From Octopus bimaculoides (lineage: Eukaryota), in the NCBI RefSeq assembly GCF_001194135.2, contig NC_068988.1, positions 27,851,782 to 27,915,781 of the forward strand: 64,000 nt of DNA, written 5' to 3'. A program made the position numbers and the translations under genes. Below are positions 27,683-40,694 of this stretch, in pieces (the stretch's first letter is position 1; every line of letters begins with the position of its first letter). The notes beneath the pieces were generated by a model that saw nothing but the letters and a program-made list of their open reading frames with translations, did not search any database and had not been told where the DNA came from.

Positions 27683-27746
27683 TGATTTACACAACTGATT
27701 TACACAACTGATTTACACAACTGATTTACACAACTGATTTACACAA
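27683..27746 (+). repeat. 13-bp minisatellite TGATTTACACAAC x5
   Basis: Four perfect units and a fifth lacking the last base. Confidence 0.95.
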
Positions 27747-28761
27747 GTAATTAGATTTTATAAATAATCTCTGATTGGAGAAGCTCTATAGTTTTCAGTA
27801 CCACATTAAACAATGTAAAAAAAAAAAACAGTCATGTGTAGGCATCGCTGCATGGTAAGAAGTTGCTTCCCAACCACATGGTTCCGGCTTCGGTCCCACT
27901 GTGTGACACCTTGGGCATGTGTCTTCTACTATAGTCTTGAGCTGGCCAAAGCCTTCTGAGTGGATTTGGTACATGGAAACTGAATGAAGCCTGTTGTATG
28001 TATTTATGCATAGATCTGTGTGTATGTGTACACCATTGTGTTTGTCTTCAACACCACTTGACAACTGGTGTTGGTTTGTTTACATCTCCATAACTTAGCA
28101 ATTCAACAAAAAGGGACCAATAGAATAAGTGCCAGGCTTATAAATATAGAAAAAAAAGTACTGGGGTTGATTTTTTCAACTAACTCTTAATAGCAATGCC
28201 CCAGCATGGCTGCAGTATAATGACTGTGTATGTTGGGTGATGAGTGGTTCAAATCCCCTCCATGATGGCCATGTTGCTGCAAGGCTATGGACCTTGAGAA
28301 ATGGGGGTAGCTTTGTGTTGGGAGATGAAGGAAAAGGACAGAAGGGTTTTTTCGTGTTGAGGAGTTACATGGTTACTCTAATTTATGAGAGAGAGAGAGA
28401 GATCAGTCGGAGGTGTAAAGAGATAATCAATATTGATCAAGGGTCCAGGTACCTCTTCAAGGTATGAGGTGAGTAGAAGTGAAGGGGGGGGGGGCACAGA
28501 TGAACTATGAGTGTTGATCAGTGAGGTTTACGAGAGTATATGGGGAAGCAAGAGATGGGGAGAATGGGTATGGAAAGGGGAGGTAAGTAGCAACTAAAGA
28601 TTGGATAATGTTGAAGGGCGGATGTAGGTAATAATAGATAAAGGAAGGGGAATGACCAGTGATGCACAAGCTGGTAGAGGGGGAAGGTTGTGGGATAGAG
28701 AAGAGAGCAGGAAGGGGGGAGGAGAGAGTGGCAGGCATATTGCAGGAGGAGGAAAAGGAAG

Positions 28762-29276
28762 NNNNNNNNNNNNNNNNNNNNNNNNNNNNNNNNNNNNNNN
28801 NNNNNNNNNNNNNNNNNNNNNNNNNNNNNNNNNNNNNNNNNNNNNNNNNNNNNNNNNNNNNNNNNNNNNNNNNNNNNNNNNNNNNNNNNNNNNNNNNNNN
28901 NNNNNNNNNNNNNNNNNNNNNNNNNNNNNNNNNNNNNNNNNNNNNNNNNNNNNNNNNNNNNNNNNNNNNNNNNNNNNNNNNNNNNNNNNNNNNNNNNNNN
29001 NNNNNNNNNNNNNNNNNNNNNNNNNNNNNNNNNNNNNNNNNNNNNNNNNNNNNNNNNNNNNNNNNNNNNNNNNNNNNNNNNNNNNNNNNNNNNNNNNNNN
29101 NNNNNNNNNNNNNNNNNNNNNNNNNNNNNNNNNNNNNNNNNNNNNNNNNNNNNNNNNNNNNNNNNNNNNNNNNNNNNNNNNNNNNNNNNNNNNNNNNNNN
29201 NNNNNNNNNNNNNNNNNNNNNNNNNNNNNNNNNNNNNNNNNNNNNNNNNNNNNNNNNNNNNNNNNNNNNNNNNNNN
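28762..29276. other. Assembly gap (N-run); others at 3155-3164, 8532-8895, 10115-10124, 15125-15450, 17235-17685, 26598-26651 and 58614-58623
   Basis: Runs of n, mostly bordered by homopolymers or microsatellites. Confidence 1.
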
Positions 29277-29314
<38 letters not shown>

Positions 29315-30911
29315 CACACACACACAACGGGCTTCTTTCAGTTTCTATCTACCAAATCCACTCATAAGGCTTTGGTTGACCCAAGGCTATAGTAGAAGAC
29401 ACTTGCCCAAGGTGCCACGCAGTGGGACTGAACCTGGAACCATGTGGTCGGTAAGCAAGCTACTTACCACACAGCCACTCCTGCTCTGTGTAGCTATTCT
29501 TGATCGCCATATTAAGATGGTGAGCTGACAAAATCGTTAGCATGCTAGACAAAATGCTTAGCAGCATTTCATCTGTCTTTGCATTCTGAGTTCAAATTCT
29601 ACCAAGGCCAACTTTGCTTTTCACCCTTTCAGGGTCAATGAAATAAGTACCAGTCAAGTGCTGGGGGTTGGTGTAATCGACTAGCTCCCTTCTCTCAAAA
29701 ACTACTGGCCCTTTACCAAAGGTCGAAATCATTATTTTCAGTTCCACATTGAGGCACCTAGCTGGTAGGATTGTTTGTGTCCAACAAAATGTCTTGTATT
29801 TCTTCCAGCTCTTTTATGTTCTGGATCCAATTCTTGATGGAACCAACTTTAATTTTCATCTTTCCATTGTTGATGAAATAAAGCACCAGTCCAATAATGG
29901 TATCAATTAATCCCTTCCAGTCAAAATAACTGGCCTTGTTCATAAATTAAGCTTCAGGTCAGTGTTGATCAAACCCACCTATAATTGGGAATATTCTTAT
30001 GACTCCCCCCACCTCTTCCTTTTTTTCTAGTCATTGAGTATTTAGATGTAAAGGTACATACCCTAGTGATTAGGATGTTGTACTCACGACTGCAAGGTTG
30101 TAGTTTCAATTCCCATACTGGTTAATGCATTCTGTTCTTGAGCAAAACACTTCATTTCACATTGCTGCAGTCCACTCAGCTGTAAATGAATAACCCTGCA
30201 TCCCTTTCAGAAGGAATATTGTGATCTTGGTCACTTATGCACCATGGAAACTGCGTAACTGGCCCCTAATGAGTCTTAGAACTCAAGACACTAATGCCCA
30301 GGGGTAGATTATGATGATGCATTCTGACCATTTATATTATCTTATAAATCCTTATTTTTAAGATAGTAACACAATTTGTTGGAGATTTTTGGCTGCTATT
30401 TCTAGCAGGTTGAATGACCAACTTTGTAGAAGCTACCTCATTAGTTCTGTTTTCTTAAATTCTTGGGAAATTACCCCAATTTTGAAAAACTTCATTGAAT
30501 CATTGATCCAGTTGTTGTTGTTAAATAATAAAGATAAAGAAATCATTATTATTATTATTATTATTATACCAATTCATTTTCCTTCCCTTCTTTGCAATTT
30601 TAAAGAAGATAATATTTCCTTCAGATCCCTTTGGTAATTCTCTTGAGATGTTTTTAAAAATGAAATGGTTTTCTTTGTATGACATCTATCAAGAGAAATG
30701 GATAAATGCCCTATTTTTATTGATAATACCGTCCCATTGATGGGGCTGTTGATGTTGTTTTGGACTGGAATCTAAATGTTTTGTCAAAGAATCAAAATCA
30801 ATAATATTGACATTTGATTTTGTAGCCTTGTTTTTGTCTCCCTTTTTTTTCTTATATTTGTTGAAAGATTTTCTTTGAATTATAATTATTTAAGAATGTT
30901 GTTTCTCTCAG

Positions 30912-31134
30912 ATGAAGATTGTACATGCAGCAGCAGACTTTCAAGTCAGCTGTTGTATGTTGTGGCAACATATTGATATGTCAGCCTCTGTTTTATTGAT
31001 AGAGAATGAGTGAGAGAGTGAGTGCACTGCAGAAGCAAGCTTCCACTTGCTGCTACATTGAGAGGACTACTAGTGCTGCTACTATTTATTATTAGTGGAC
31101 TATCTATCTATATGTGATGTTGTTTCTGGATCAG
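30912..31134 (+). other. Candidate 223-nt exon (mostly 5' UTR; 33-aa uORF 30912-31013; possible start ATG at 31117)
   Basis: Acceptor gtttctctcag at 30901-30911 and donor GATCAG|GTAATC at 31135; unique non-repeat sequence; last 18 nt read ATG TTG TTT CTG GAT CAG (phase 0). Confidence 0.4.
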
Positions 31135-32905
31135 GTAATCGAGTTTTTTTTTTTCTCATCTATTTTGATAGTTTATATTGATATTTATTAAAAAAAAAAA
31201 AATGCATTTTTGCAAAGCCTTCTTTAGTTGATGTTGTCTGTGTAGATTATTAGAGTAAGACATTTAGGTAAAGAAAACACTAGAAAAAAATAATTGCATC
31301 CTCTTCTGTACTAGCAAAACTATCAGTCAGTCTACCAAACTGATTCATTTATGCTTCGAGTAGTTTTCTAGTATTGTTGGGTAGCGAGCAACTATCCACG
31401 TTTTATATAACCTGAAAGGACATCCAAGGAGAACAACAGGTTCTTTTTGTTTCACCAGTGACCTTTGTAACAAAGCAGACATATTTAAATATGTGCAGAT
31501 CTGCTTCTTTCTGTTAGCTTGTGCTCGTTGTGTACATTGGCATCATATTACTCACCGCCTACATCACTGCAACCACTGCCCTTTGGAGAGTGGTGTGCTA
31601 CTGTAGTTTTGTAGTGAGGCTGTTTATTATATTTATTTTTATCATGGGGGTTATATAACTTTCTTCAATGTCAGTCATGCATGTGGGACACTGTTGCTGT
31701 GTTAAATGTTTTTGATTAAGAAAATACTTCTTCCTGACACTCTACACTTTGAGTAAAAGAATGCTTTGTTTATATTTTTCATTGAGATATCTAAAGATAA
31801 ACTGAATTTACTTGTCTATTTACTTATTTTTCTTTAAACTAGAATATTTTAATAATTCAAATAATTTTCCATAATTGCACAAAATGAATTTTTTTACCTG
31901 CTGCCTTTTCATTTTTTTTATTTTTTATTTTTTATTCAGAATTTCTCCCCTTTTGTTTGTAATTATCAAAATACTATACTGATTGGTAGATTGCTTTATT
32001 TGAAGATCTCTGTTATTAGTATAAATAGAACTTCAGCATTTCTATTTAAAAAAAAAAACTCTATAATTTATATGAAAAATGAAGATACATTTGTTGTCTT
32101 TGAAAATCTATTTTGAAATCATTCTCAACCTTTGACAGTTCCTTGGGATGGATCTGCTGATATATCTAATAATAAGGCTACTGAGGCAGCCTATTTATGA
32201 GCTTCCACCTTCACAAGAGGTGACATTCAGGATTACAAAGCAATTTACTTAACCCCATTTTGGACTAGACAGATACTCTATGATGATTAGTACAAGGTCT
32301 CTCTGATGCAGGTTCAATTCATACTAAAAGTCAATTTTGTTTGTTATCCATTTGTAGGTAACGATAAGTACCACTAAAATTCTGGGAAAAAAAAAACGAA
32401 CAAAAAAAATCCTTGTTTTTAGAATAAAGGTTTGGTTTCTACTGAAAAGAAGATATTCAAATTATTATTACTATTATTGTTTTTAATGTTATTATTATTT
32501 TTCAGTAGTCTTATTTTTATTGTGTGCTTTCACTGCACTATTGAATGCAGCTCTGCACTTTTGGTGTGTGCAGTGTTTTGTTTTGGTTTTTGTGTTTTCT
32601 GTTGCATTGATGGCACTCTGCATAATGTGTGCAGTGTCGAACGATGCTCTGTTTTGTATATTGTGCTTATTTGTAAGTGCTGAGGTTTTGGTTATATATT
32701 TGTCTACATCTCCTTTTTTAAATAATTCCCAAGGCACATTTCATTATAAGGATTATGTCTCCATACTCTTTTTTTCTGGTTCATTCTGTTTAGATCTTTG
32801 TATTTAAATAATTTCTCCATTTCTTTGAAAGATAATCATCATCTGCTTTGGTTAGGGGGCATGTTTTTCCTAAGTGATTTTTGACAATAATATCTTACTT
32901 ATTAT

Positions 32906-33978
32906 TAAGGCGGAGAGCTGGCATAATCGTTAGCACGCTGGGTGAAATGCAAGGCAGTATTTTGTCCATTTATATGTTCTGAGTGCAGATTCTGTTGCAG
33001 TTGACTTTGCCTCTCATCCTTTAGAGATTGATAAAATAAGTACCAGTTGGAGACTGGGGGTTGATGTAATCGACTTGCCCCTCTGCCAAAATTTATATTT
33101 GGCTTATTATTGTTTGTCATGCTGGCAGAATCATTAGCACGTTGGACAAAATGCTAAACAGCATTTCTTGTGGCTCTTTACATTCTGACTCGAATGCTAT
33201 CGAGGCTAGCTTTGCCTTTCATCATTTTGGGATCAATAAAATAAGTTCCAACAGAGCATTGGGGCCAATCTAGTCAGCCAAATTTCAGGCCCCTGTCTAT
33301 AGTAGAAAGAATTCTTATTATTATCATTATTATGATGGTAAAGTCATTAGTAGTTTGGACAAAATGTTTTGTGGTATTTCTTCCAGATTTTTAAAGTTCT
33401 GAGCTCAAATACTGCTGAGGTTGAGTTTGTCTTTCATCCTTTTGGGGTAAATAAAAGAGCACTGGGGAAATCTAAATGATTTCCACCTGCCCTCAAAATT
33501 GCTGGCCTTGTGCTAAAATTAGAAATTATTATTATTATGGCAAACTGGTAGAGGTGTAAGCACACGTTGGGGAAAATGCTTAGCAGCATTTCATTCATCT
33601 TAAGGTTCTGAGTTCAAATTCCACTGAAGTTGACTTTACCTTTCATCCTTTTGGGGTCGATGAAATAAGTACTGGAATTGAAGTAATCGACTATCCCTTG
33701 TGCCTATAGTAGAAAGGATTATTATTATTATTATTATTATTATTGTTGTTGTAAGGCAGTGAGTTGGCTGAATTGTTAGCACACCGGGATAAATGCTTAG
33801 AAGCATTTCATCTGTCTTTACATTCTGAGTTCAAATTCTGCTGAGGTTGACTTTGCCTTTCATTCTTCCAGGGGGTTGATAAAAGAAGTACCAGTCAAAA
33901 ATACTGGGGGTCAATGTAATTAACTAGTCCCCTCCCCCTAAATTTCAGGCCTTGTGCCTCTAGTAAAATGGACTACTA

Positions 33979-33985
<7 letters not shown>
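32906..33985 (+). mobile_element. Array of five head-to-tail family A SINEs separated by (ATT)n
   Basis: Copies begin near 32906, 33118, 33335, 33539 and 33753; each has the tgagttcaaat / ctttcatcctt / aagtacc core and ends ccttgtgc... before ATT repeats. Confidence 0.85.
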
Positions 33986-34009
<24 letters not shown>

Positions 34010-34321
34010 TTAAGGGAATTGCAACCTTTTTTTTTATATATTGTTAACTGGTTGTTGGTCTTATTCACATTGGTCATTAGATAAACACTTCATAACTCAA
34101 GTAATTTTTGTGTCCCTTTAAAGCGTGGTTTTATTGCAAAACAACTATTTACACTGAAATAAGATGTAATTACATATTTATTATCAACAGCTCATATTTC
34201 TGGCTGAAATAACTGTAGTAACATGCATTCATCTCTTTATCTATTTTATCTCTTTATCTCTCATCAAAAATTCTACATCAGATATTTTCATAAATGTTTG
34301 TTGAGTTCTTATTGATTTTAG

Positions 34322-34432
34322 AGAGAAAAAAAAATTGGCAACTCTGAAGACTCTAGTTACAGACCATCGTCAGAGAGAACCATTAATCTATTGGTTGTTG
34401 GGATACTGCTGAAGAACTGGTGTATTCATTCA
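34322..34432 (+). CDS. Candidate 111-nt phase 0-0 exon (REKKIGNSEDSSYRPSSERTINLLVVGILLKNWCIHS), product unrecognised
   Basis: Weak acceptor attgattttag, donor TTCA|GTAAGG; only one frame open, and it is phase-compatible with neighbouring candidate exons. Could be chance. Confidence 0.2.
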
Positions 34433-35651
34433 GTAAGGGTGCTTTATACGATTGCTTGATTTGCTAGAAACAACAACCAAATCTCCCTTAGATTACTCTT
34501 AACTTGTGAAATGCATTGGATAAGATAATCAGAAATAATACAATGGTTGAGAAAATGTGTGGTCATGGCTAGAACGTCTTTAATTATAAGTCTACTCAAT
34601 CAGGGATGTCCTAATTATAAGCGGCATCAATTAGAGTGGCTTACCATTACCATTTTTGAATGTTCTTATCAGTTATATAGAGTTATCACTATTTGAAGTG
34701 ACAACATGTTCCTACCTTGTGTTTCTTGTTTACAACTAGGTCGATTTGGTCTGTTTAGTGATCAGAATCCTTGTCACAGACAGAACGCAATGCTTGGCTT
34801 GACAGCACTTTATAAACTGTGCTCTTTTGGTTAGTTTTTGTCAACTGTGTCCAGTCATCTTTGACTTAGACTCGAATCTGTCTCAAGTCCTAGGACACAT
34901 AAAACTGGACCTTAACCTGGCTTCCATGGTATATAAGTGACTAAGATTATAACACTTACTCTTCCTGAACAGGACACTGGTCTGTTGTAGTGTTAACTTT
35001 CTGGTTATAGCTGTAACTTATTTTCAGCTGAGTGAACTAGAGTAATAATGCAACACCCTGCCTAGTCTTGGAATCAAAGCTACAATCTTGCAATCAAGAG
35101 TTGCTACTAATCACGAGGGTATGCATCGTCGCGTCTAAGTACTTTATTCCTGAAGAAAGGGAGAGGGTAACAGCTATTGAAATAACTTGGACTATGGGTG
35201 TGTTTGATCGGTGCTGACCTGAAAGTTAATTTATGAACAAGGCCAGTTACTTTCAGGAAATTGAAACCATGATCTTACGACCACAAGTACAACCCTAACC
35301 ACTAGGCCATGTTCATTCATGATCCGACTGTTGGATTTGTTAGTAACTATTTTGAGTTTGGCCTCTTTGAAGTACAGATGATATTTTACTTTCACTCATC
35401 GACAATATTTCTAAAAATACAGAACATTTAATGACTTTTAATACTTGTAATTAATAATTAATTCCAACTAAATGCATGCTTTTTGTAAATGATCACATAA
35501 AAGCCTCTATATTTATGATGATGTATGACCTTTATCAAAGAGGTTTTCTCTTTTTTTCCCTTCCATTGAAGACAGGAGGTTGTTTTGAAATGCTTCATTT
35601 CATTTATAAGTCCATTCTTCAAATAAATCAATTTATGTTACAATGGCTAAA

Positions 35652-35688
<37 letters not shown>

Positions 35689-36415
35689 GCACCCCATTCC
35701 CACATGCAGTTGTAGTAATGTTATTTTCTGTAAATTCAATACAGATTTGTTATCTTTTTTTTTTAATCTTTTACTTGTTTGAATTGTTGGACTGTGGCCA
35801 TGCTACAGCACTGCATTCAAAGATTTAATCAAACAAATCAACCCCAGAACCTATTTTTGAAATTTGGTGCTTATTCTGCTGACCTCTTTTGCCAACCAAT
35901 AAGTCATAGGACCTTAAACAAACAAACACCAGTTGTTAAATGGTGATAGGGGACAGGCACACACAGACGTGTGTGTGTTTGACCCTCCTCTATCTCTTCA
36001 CAAGCTATCAGTTTGTTTATGCTCCCCTAACTTAGAAGTTCTGATGGAATAAGTACCAGGCTTGAAAAATAATTACCTGGGTAGATTTGTTCGACTACCC
36101 CCTATAAAGTAGTGTCCCAGTATGGCTGCAGTCCGATGACTGGAACAAAAAATAAAAATTTTTTTAATATTTCTACTTTGATACTATTTATACCTTCCAC
36201 AAATTTAACAGTTTTGTAAGTCTGTCGAGCATTTAGTGAAATATTGTTTGACCCATAATTAATGTTGTGGTTGACTTTGCATGGGTTACCTTTTTGCTTT
36301 TCTGTTATATTATGACTATATATGGTGGTACAGCCATACATTTTGCACCTTTGATTTAAAATGTTAGGTTAAATTCAATTTCTGTCTTAGCTTTTACACT
36401 GTTTTCACTATTTAA

Positions 36416-36635
36416 CTCTTTAGCACTCAAATTATTCTGTCAAGTGTAACACTTCTTCATTTACATTGTTATGAATTAATGATGCACTACCTCATAGCTT
36501 TAGGATTTCAGTGACGTGATTGTTTATTTTTAGAATGACATTGTAGGGTAAGTATGAGAGGTTTAATGTGGCCAGTTTTAGCATAAAACAGGTTGAATAT
36601 TTAGGTTAGATATAGTCGGTTGAATTGATAAAGAG
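36416..36635. mobile_element. piggyBac-like MITE with TTAA on both flanks
   Basis: TTAA (36412-36415) CTCTTTAGCA ... TGATAAAGAG TTAA (36636-36639). Confidence 0.65.
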
Positions 36636-37010
36636 TTAAGGCAGCATTACATTCTATATTATTTTGGGGTCAAAGCCAATAAGTGAAATATAAGACTATC
36701 TCTTAGCATTGTTCCTTAAGTGAAATCTCACCCCAAAAATAGTTTCTTAGCTTAATTAAAGTTTTATATTTCTAAGATGTTTCTCAGCAGCGACCCTTTG
36801 TAATTTTGATACTTCATTAGCTTTAAGCACGTTAATTACTGGAGACCTATTTTAATGTTATTAGCTATTTCTATAAGAAGTTATTTAAAATGTTATTGTT
36901 ATTTAATTAATTCTTAAATGGTAATTGTATATAACTACGGTAAAAGTATTTATCGTTGTTGTTATGCACATTTAACATTCAAATTGTTTTAGCAGTTGAA
37001 CATCTGAACG

Positions 37011-37073
<63 letters not shown>

Positions 37074-37744
37074 TACTATTTGCTTGTTGGTAGGATCAGC
37101 AAAAAAGAACTCTATCCAGCAAGAGATAAGTATCATTTAATTAATACAGGAGTCATATGTGAGCCACTTTGAGTTTCATGTTCGGTTAGTGCAGTTATCA
37201 GACAAGCTCGCAGAATATACTGTAGATGACTTGGCAAGTGTTCAGGCTCGAATGACATGGTTACTCTATGAGAAAATATGAGAAAAAGTAAGAATAAATA
37301 ATGAGAAAAGAAACAAGAGGAAAATGTAAAGGGAAAGGGGGATAAAGGTTACATCTCTTTAACCTATCAAATGAAGAGTGCTCTTAATGTTGAGTGTTTA
37401 TATCTGAAAGAAATTGCCGAGTGGGGTGTAGTTGAATGAGGGGAAAGGTTAAAGTGCTTTAAACTGTGTCTGATTTAACAAAAACTTATCAAAATGTAGA
37501 CATCTTGTAAAAACTCCCAACTCAAGTTTAGGACAGTACAGCTCTTCAATCTTATAAGGACGAGTGTTCTTTCTACTGTACATTTAGCAGATTCTTGATC
37601 CATTAATGTATAGCGTAACTCTGTATGTTGAGGTTGGTGACTGGTAAAGTCAGTACTTCATTCTAGATTCAGATTTATGAATCAGCTGGGATATTATATA
37701 AGAAGCTAGACTGCTGCTGATAACTTAGCATTTCATCTCTAAAA

Positions 37745-38165
37745 TCTTACTTGACATATTACTACTTATTTAAGCCCTTCACTAACAATGGAGCATAGGC
37801 TGTCAACAGCTTTTATCCACTGTTCTCGGCTCTGGGCTGTGTTTTTTGCATTTCTCCAGTTGGATCCTTGCTTTTTCAGCTCTACTACTTGTATTGTCCT
37901 TCCCATTTCATCCCTAAGGGAAAGCTTTCCTCTCCTACGTCTTGTTGGTTCCGAATTGTCATCAATGCTTCTGTAATTTTGTTTTTTTTCTAGGTAGAGT
38001 AGTTGGTCCTATGTAAACCTATTTTCACTTTTGAGAAGAGGTGATTCACTTTAGTCTGGCCTCTATCTTTTGACCTGTTCAGCATAGGAGGGAAGCTCTA
38101 CCAGGAGTTGCACTCCACTGGCATAGCTTTCAGTGTTAGAGGCACATGAACCTATCCCACAACAA
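37745..38165 (-). mobile_element. Bipartite non-autonomous RTE derivative (5' UTR joined to ORF C-terminus), copy 1
   Basis: Minus strand EPTRRRRGKLSLRDEMGRTIQVVELKKQGSNWRNAKNTAQSREQWIKAVDSLCSIVSEGLK* (a second RTE family), preceded by an RTE/BovB-like 5' UTR segment. Confidence 0.6.
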
Positions 38166-40347
38166 GAACTGGATTTTGTAATGTTTTGCTTTGTGTGGTC
38201 TTGATTATTAGTGGATATTTTCCCCAGAAATTTAGCACAAATGAACTCGAAAGCCTGTCTTCAGAAATATGCCAGTGCAAACAGCAATAATAATATAGTG
38301 TAGTTGTAGCCTAACTAAAATATTTATAATGAGTCATTTATTTCTGTTCCAGGATGTTTATCAACATCCCTTCTAACTATAAAAAAAAAATATGTGTACA
38401 GCTGCACAGCATTTTTTTAAAAATTGGTTTTAAGAGTAACAAGATCATCAGAACCTCAGTATGCCATACCATATACTCCAATATATCCTGATTTAGTAAA
38501 CCAACTAGAATTAGAAATGAAAGGGTTGACCTTCATGCATTTTGTTTTTCTTATTTTAGAATTAAGAAAACTATGATAAATCTAAACAATTTGTTTACTA
38601 AATATTTTACTTTTTACTGGTATTTTAGTAACTGTGCAAAAACAAGCTTTGCTGCTGGGTGGGGTAGTAGGGTGTCGGCTGATGAGCTGATAGTTTGTTT
38701 GTATCTGTTATCATAACTGTGTTGTGTCTTCTGAAAAATACCCTTATCTCTCCAAACATCAAGTCTACTTCACTGTAAATAGGTACCATGGAAGAATATA
38801 GCTCACTGTTGTTGGCTGGAGAAGTACTCTGTAATTTAATGAATCTTTTTATGTGTTTATATACATATTGCTTGGGTTAAAAACTATCATTAACGTCCTA
38901 CTCATGGTAAGCTGCTAAATATCTCTCATACATTGATACCTAGGATATCTCTTGAGCCACATATTTCAAATATGTTTCAATTATGACAGTAGATAACACT
39001 GAAAACTAACATATATACAAAAATGTGACTAAATCCAAGAATCCTTAGTTATCATTGTGATTTGATGACTAATTTACCAATTACTAATTTACGTAACAAA
39101 AAAAAAAATTGGTTAACTAATGATGCCAGCTGATGACTTGGGTGTAGCAATTTTTAACCAAAATAATTGTATGTCTAGTAGACAATTGTTGTTTATATTA
39201 ATGCTGAATATGTTTGTGATTATAATTTAAAATGATTATTTGAACATTAACGAAAGTAATTATATGATAATTACTAACTCAATTGTTAAGTTATTAGTGG
39301 GATGGTAAAATGCTATCTGCTTGGGAACTATTTAGAAATAATGAACTGATGTTGTGAAAAATAATAAATATTATAGAGAATATCAAATCATTTAAAAAAA
39401 ACATTGATAAATTTGATCTTTTCCATAAATATATAACAGTATATTCTGTTTGTTAAGCACATTGACACATGTGCCATCAAACATGATGGGTTGTCCACTG
39501 AGCAGTTTAATGGACATGGTCATCACCATCCTCAATTAATGCCCACTTTCCCATGTTTGCATGGGTCAAATTTTCCAGTGACTGGATGCTCTTCTTGTTG
39601 CCAACCTTCACTTGTTTCCAGGCAAGATATTTCCCATGGCCAGGCGTGTTTTACATGGAAGCCTGAAATAAACAACATTGCTTGTATGATAGCAATGTTC
39701 ATTTACAACCAGCACGTGATGTGTTGGCAAGAGCACACACACACACACACACACACACACATTATACAAAAGAATTTCATATGGCTGATTGGTAAAGACT
39801 CTGGAATACACTCCAATCTTTAGTTGTTTATAGATATGCTATCACAATTGGAATTTCATTTTTTTTTTTTTTTGTTTTTATTATAATCTCATCTCAGTTC
39901 TGAATATGAGTTCAGTCCATATTCAAAGACATTCCAACCATGATCATCTTTTCTTCTCGGACATTGTGTATTCAGAAGGAAATTAATTAGTGTGCTCTTT
40001 TTTTTTCCTTTTTCAAGGTAAAAGGATTAAAGTTTAGAGATTTGACTACTGCTATTTCTAGCAGGTTGAACAACCACGCTGACACACACACACACGCACA
40101 CACGCACGCACACTAAGGGTTTCTGTACAGTTTTTATCTATCAAATATTATTGGCAAGGTATTTATCAACCTGAGTATTTAAATAAAACATTTTATATGA
40201 AATAGTTATTGGAGCCTTGTTCTCAGAATTTCTATTCTTGTCAGATATTTTCACTATTTTAAAAACTCTATTAATTCAACATGGTTCCATTTAGCTGATT
40301 AAAGGGACAAAACAAAGTTCTATTTATATTTTGAATTATTGATTTAT

Positions 40348-40387
<40 letters not shown>

Positions 40388-40694
40388 CCTGATTAATGTG
40401 ATTGAACCCTTCATTCGTTTACTATTCTAGTACTAGAATATGACCGGGTCAAAGAAGACTCCTATTTGAGTACTACTCACATCTATGAGTGCTACTCGCG
40501 TGTATGAGTTGCTTCTATTACACATACACATTCACTCACACAGATAACTTAGACTGCAGCTGAATGGAATGTCTTTTGGCTAATTTGCGATTATTCACTA
40601 ACGTGTTGTGATTACAAGTTTGCAGATGTTGATTTCCTCTCTCTGTCTCATCTATTGCTGTTATAATTACCTCAGCCCTTTCGAATTAATGAGG

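Noticed and set aside
28440-28761. Purine-rich G-run tract (G4/triplex potential)
   Set aside because: Low-complexity sequence at a gap edge; no specific evidence of function.
8387-29528. Long ORFs in the track (8387, 15027, 17150, 28518, 28659 etc.)
   Set aside because: They are open only because they run through N-gaps or dinucleotide repeats.
31298-31375. Imperfect hairpin resembling a pre-miRNA
   Set aside because: A large asymmetric bulge in the 3' arm is incompatible with a typical Drosha/Dicer substrate.
32906-33985. Repeat-spacer-like periodicity suggestive of CRISPR
   Set aside because: Units are ~200-bp diverged SINEs with microsatellite spacers in eukaryotic DNA; no cas genes.
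38780-38835. Perfect Kozak ACCATGG with short ORF MEEYSSLLLAGEVL
   Set aside because: Splice signals are weak and the peptide is unrecognised; a similar chance Kozak at ~48880 closes quickly.
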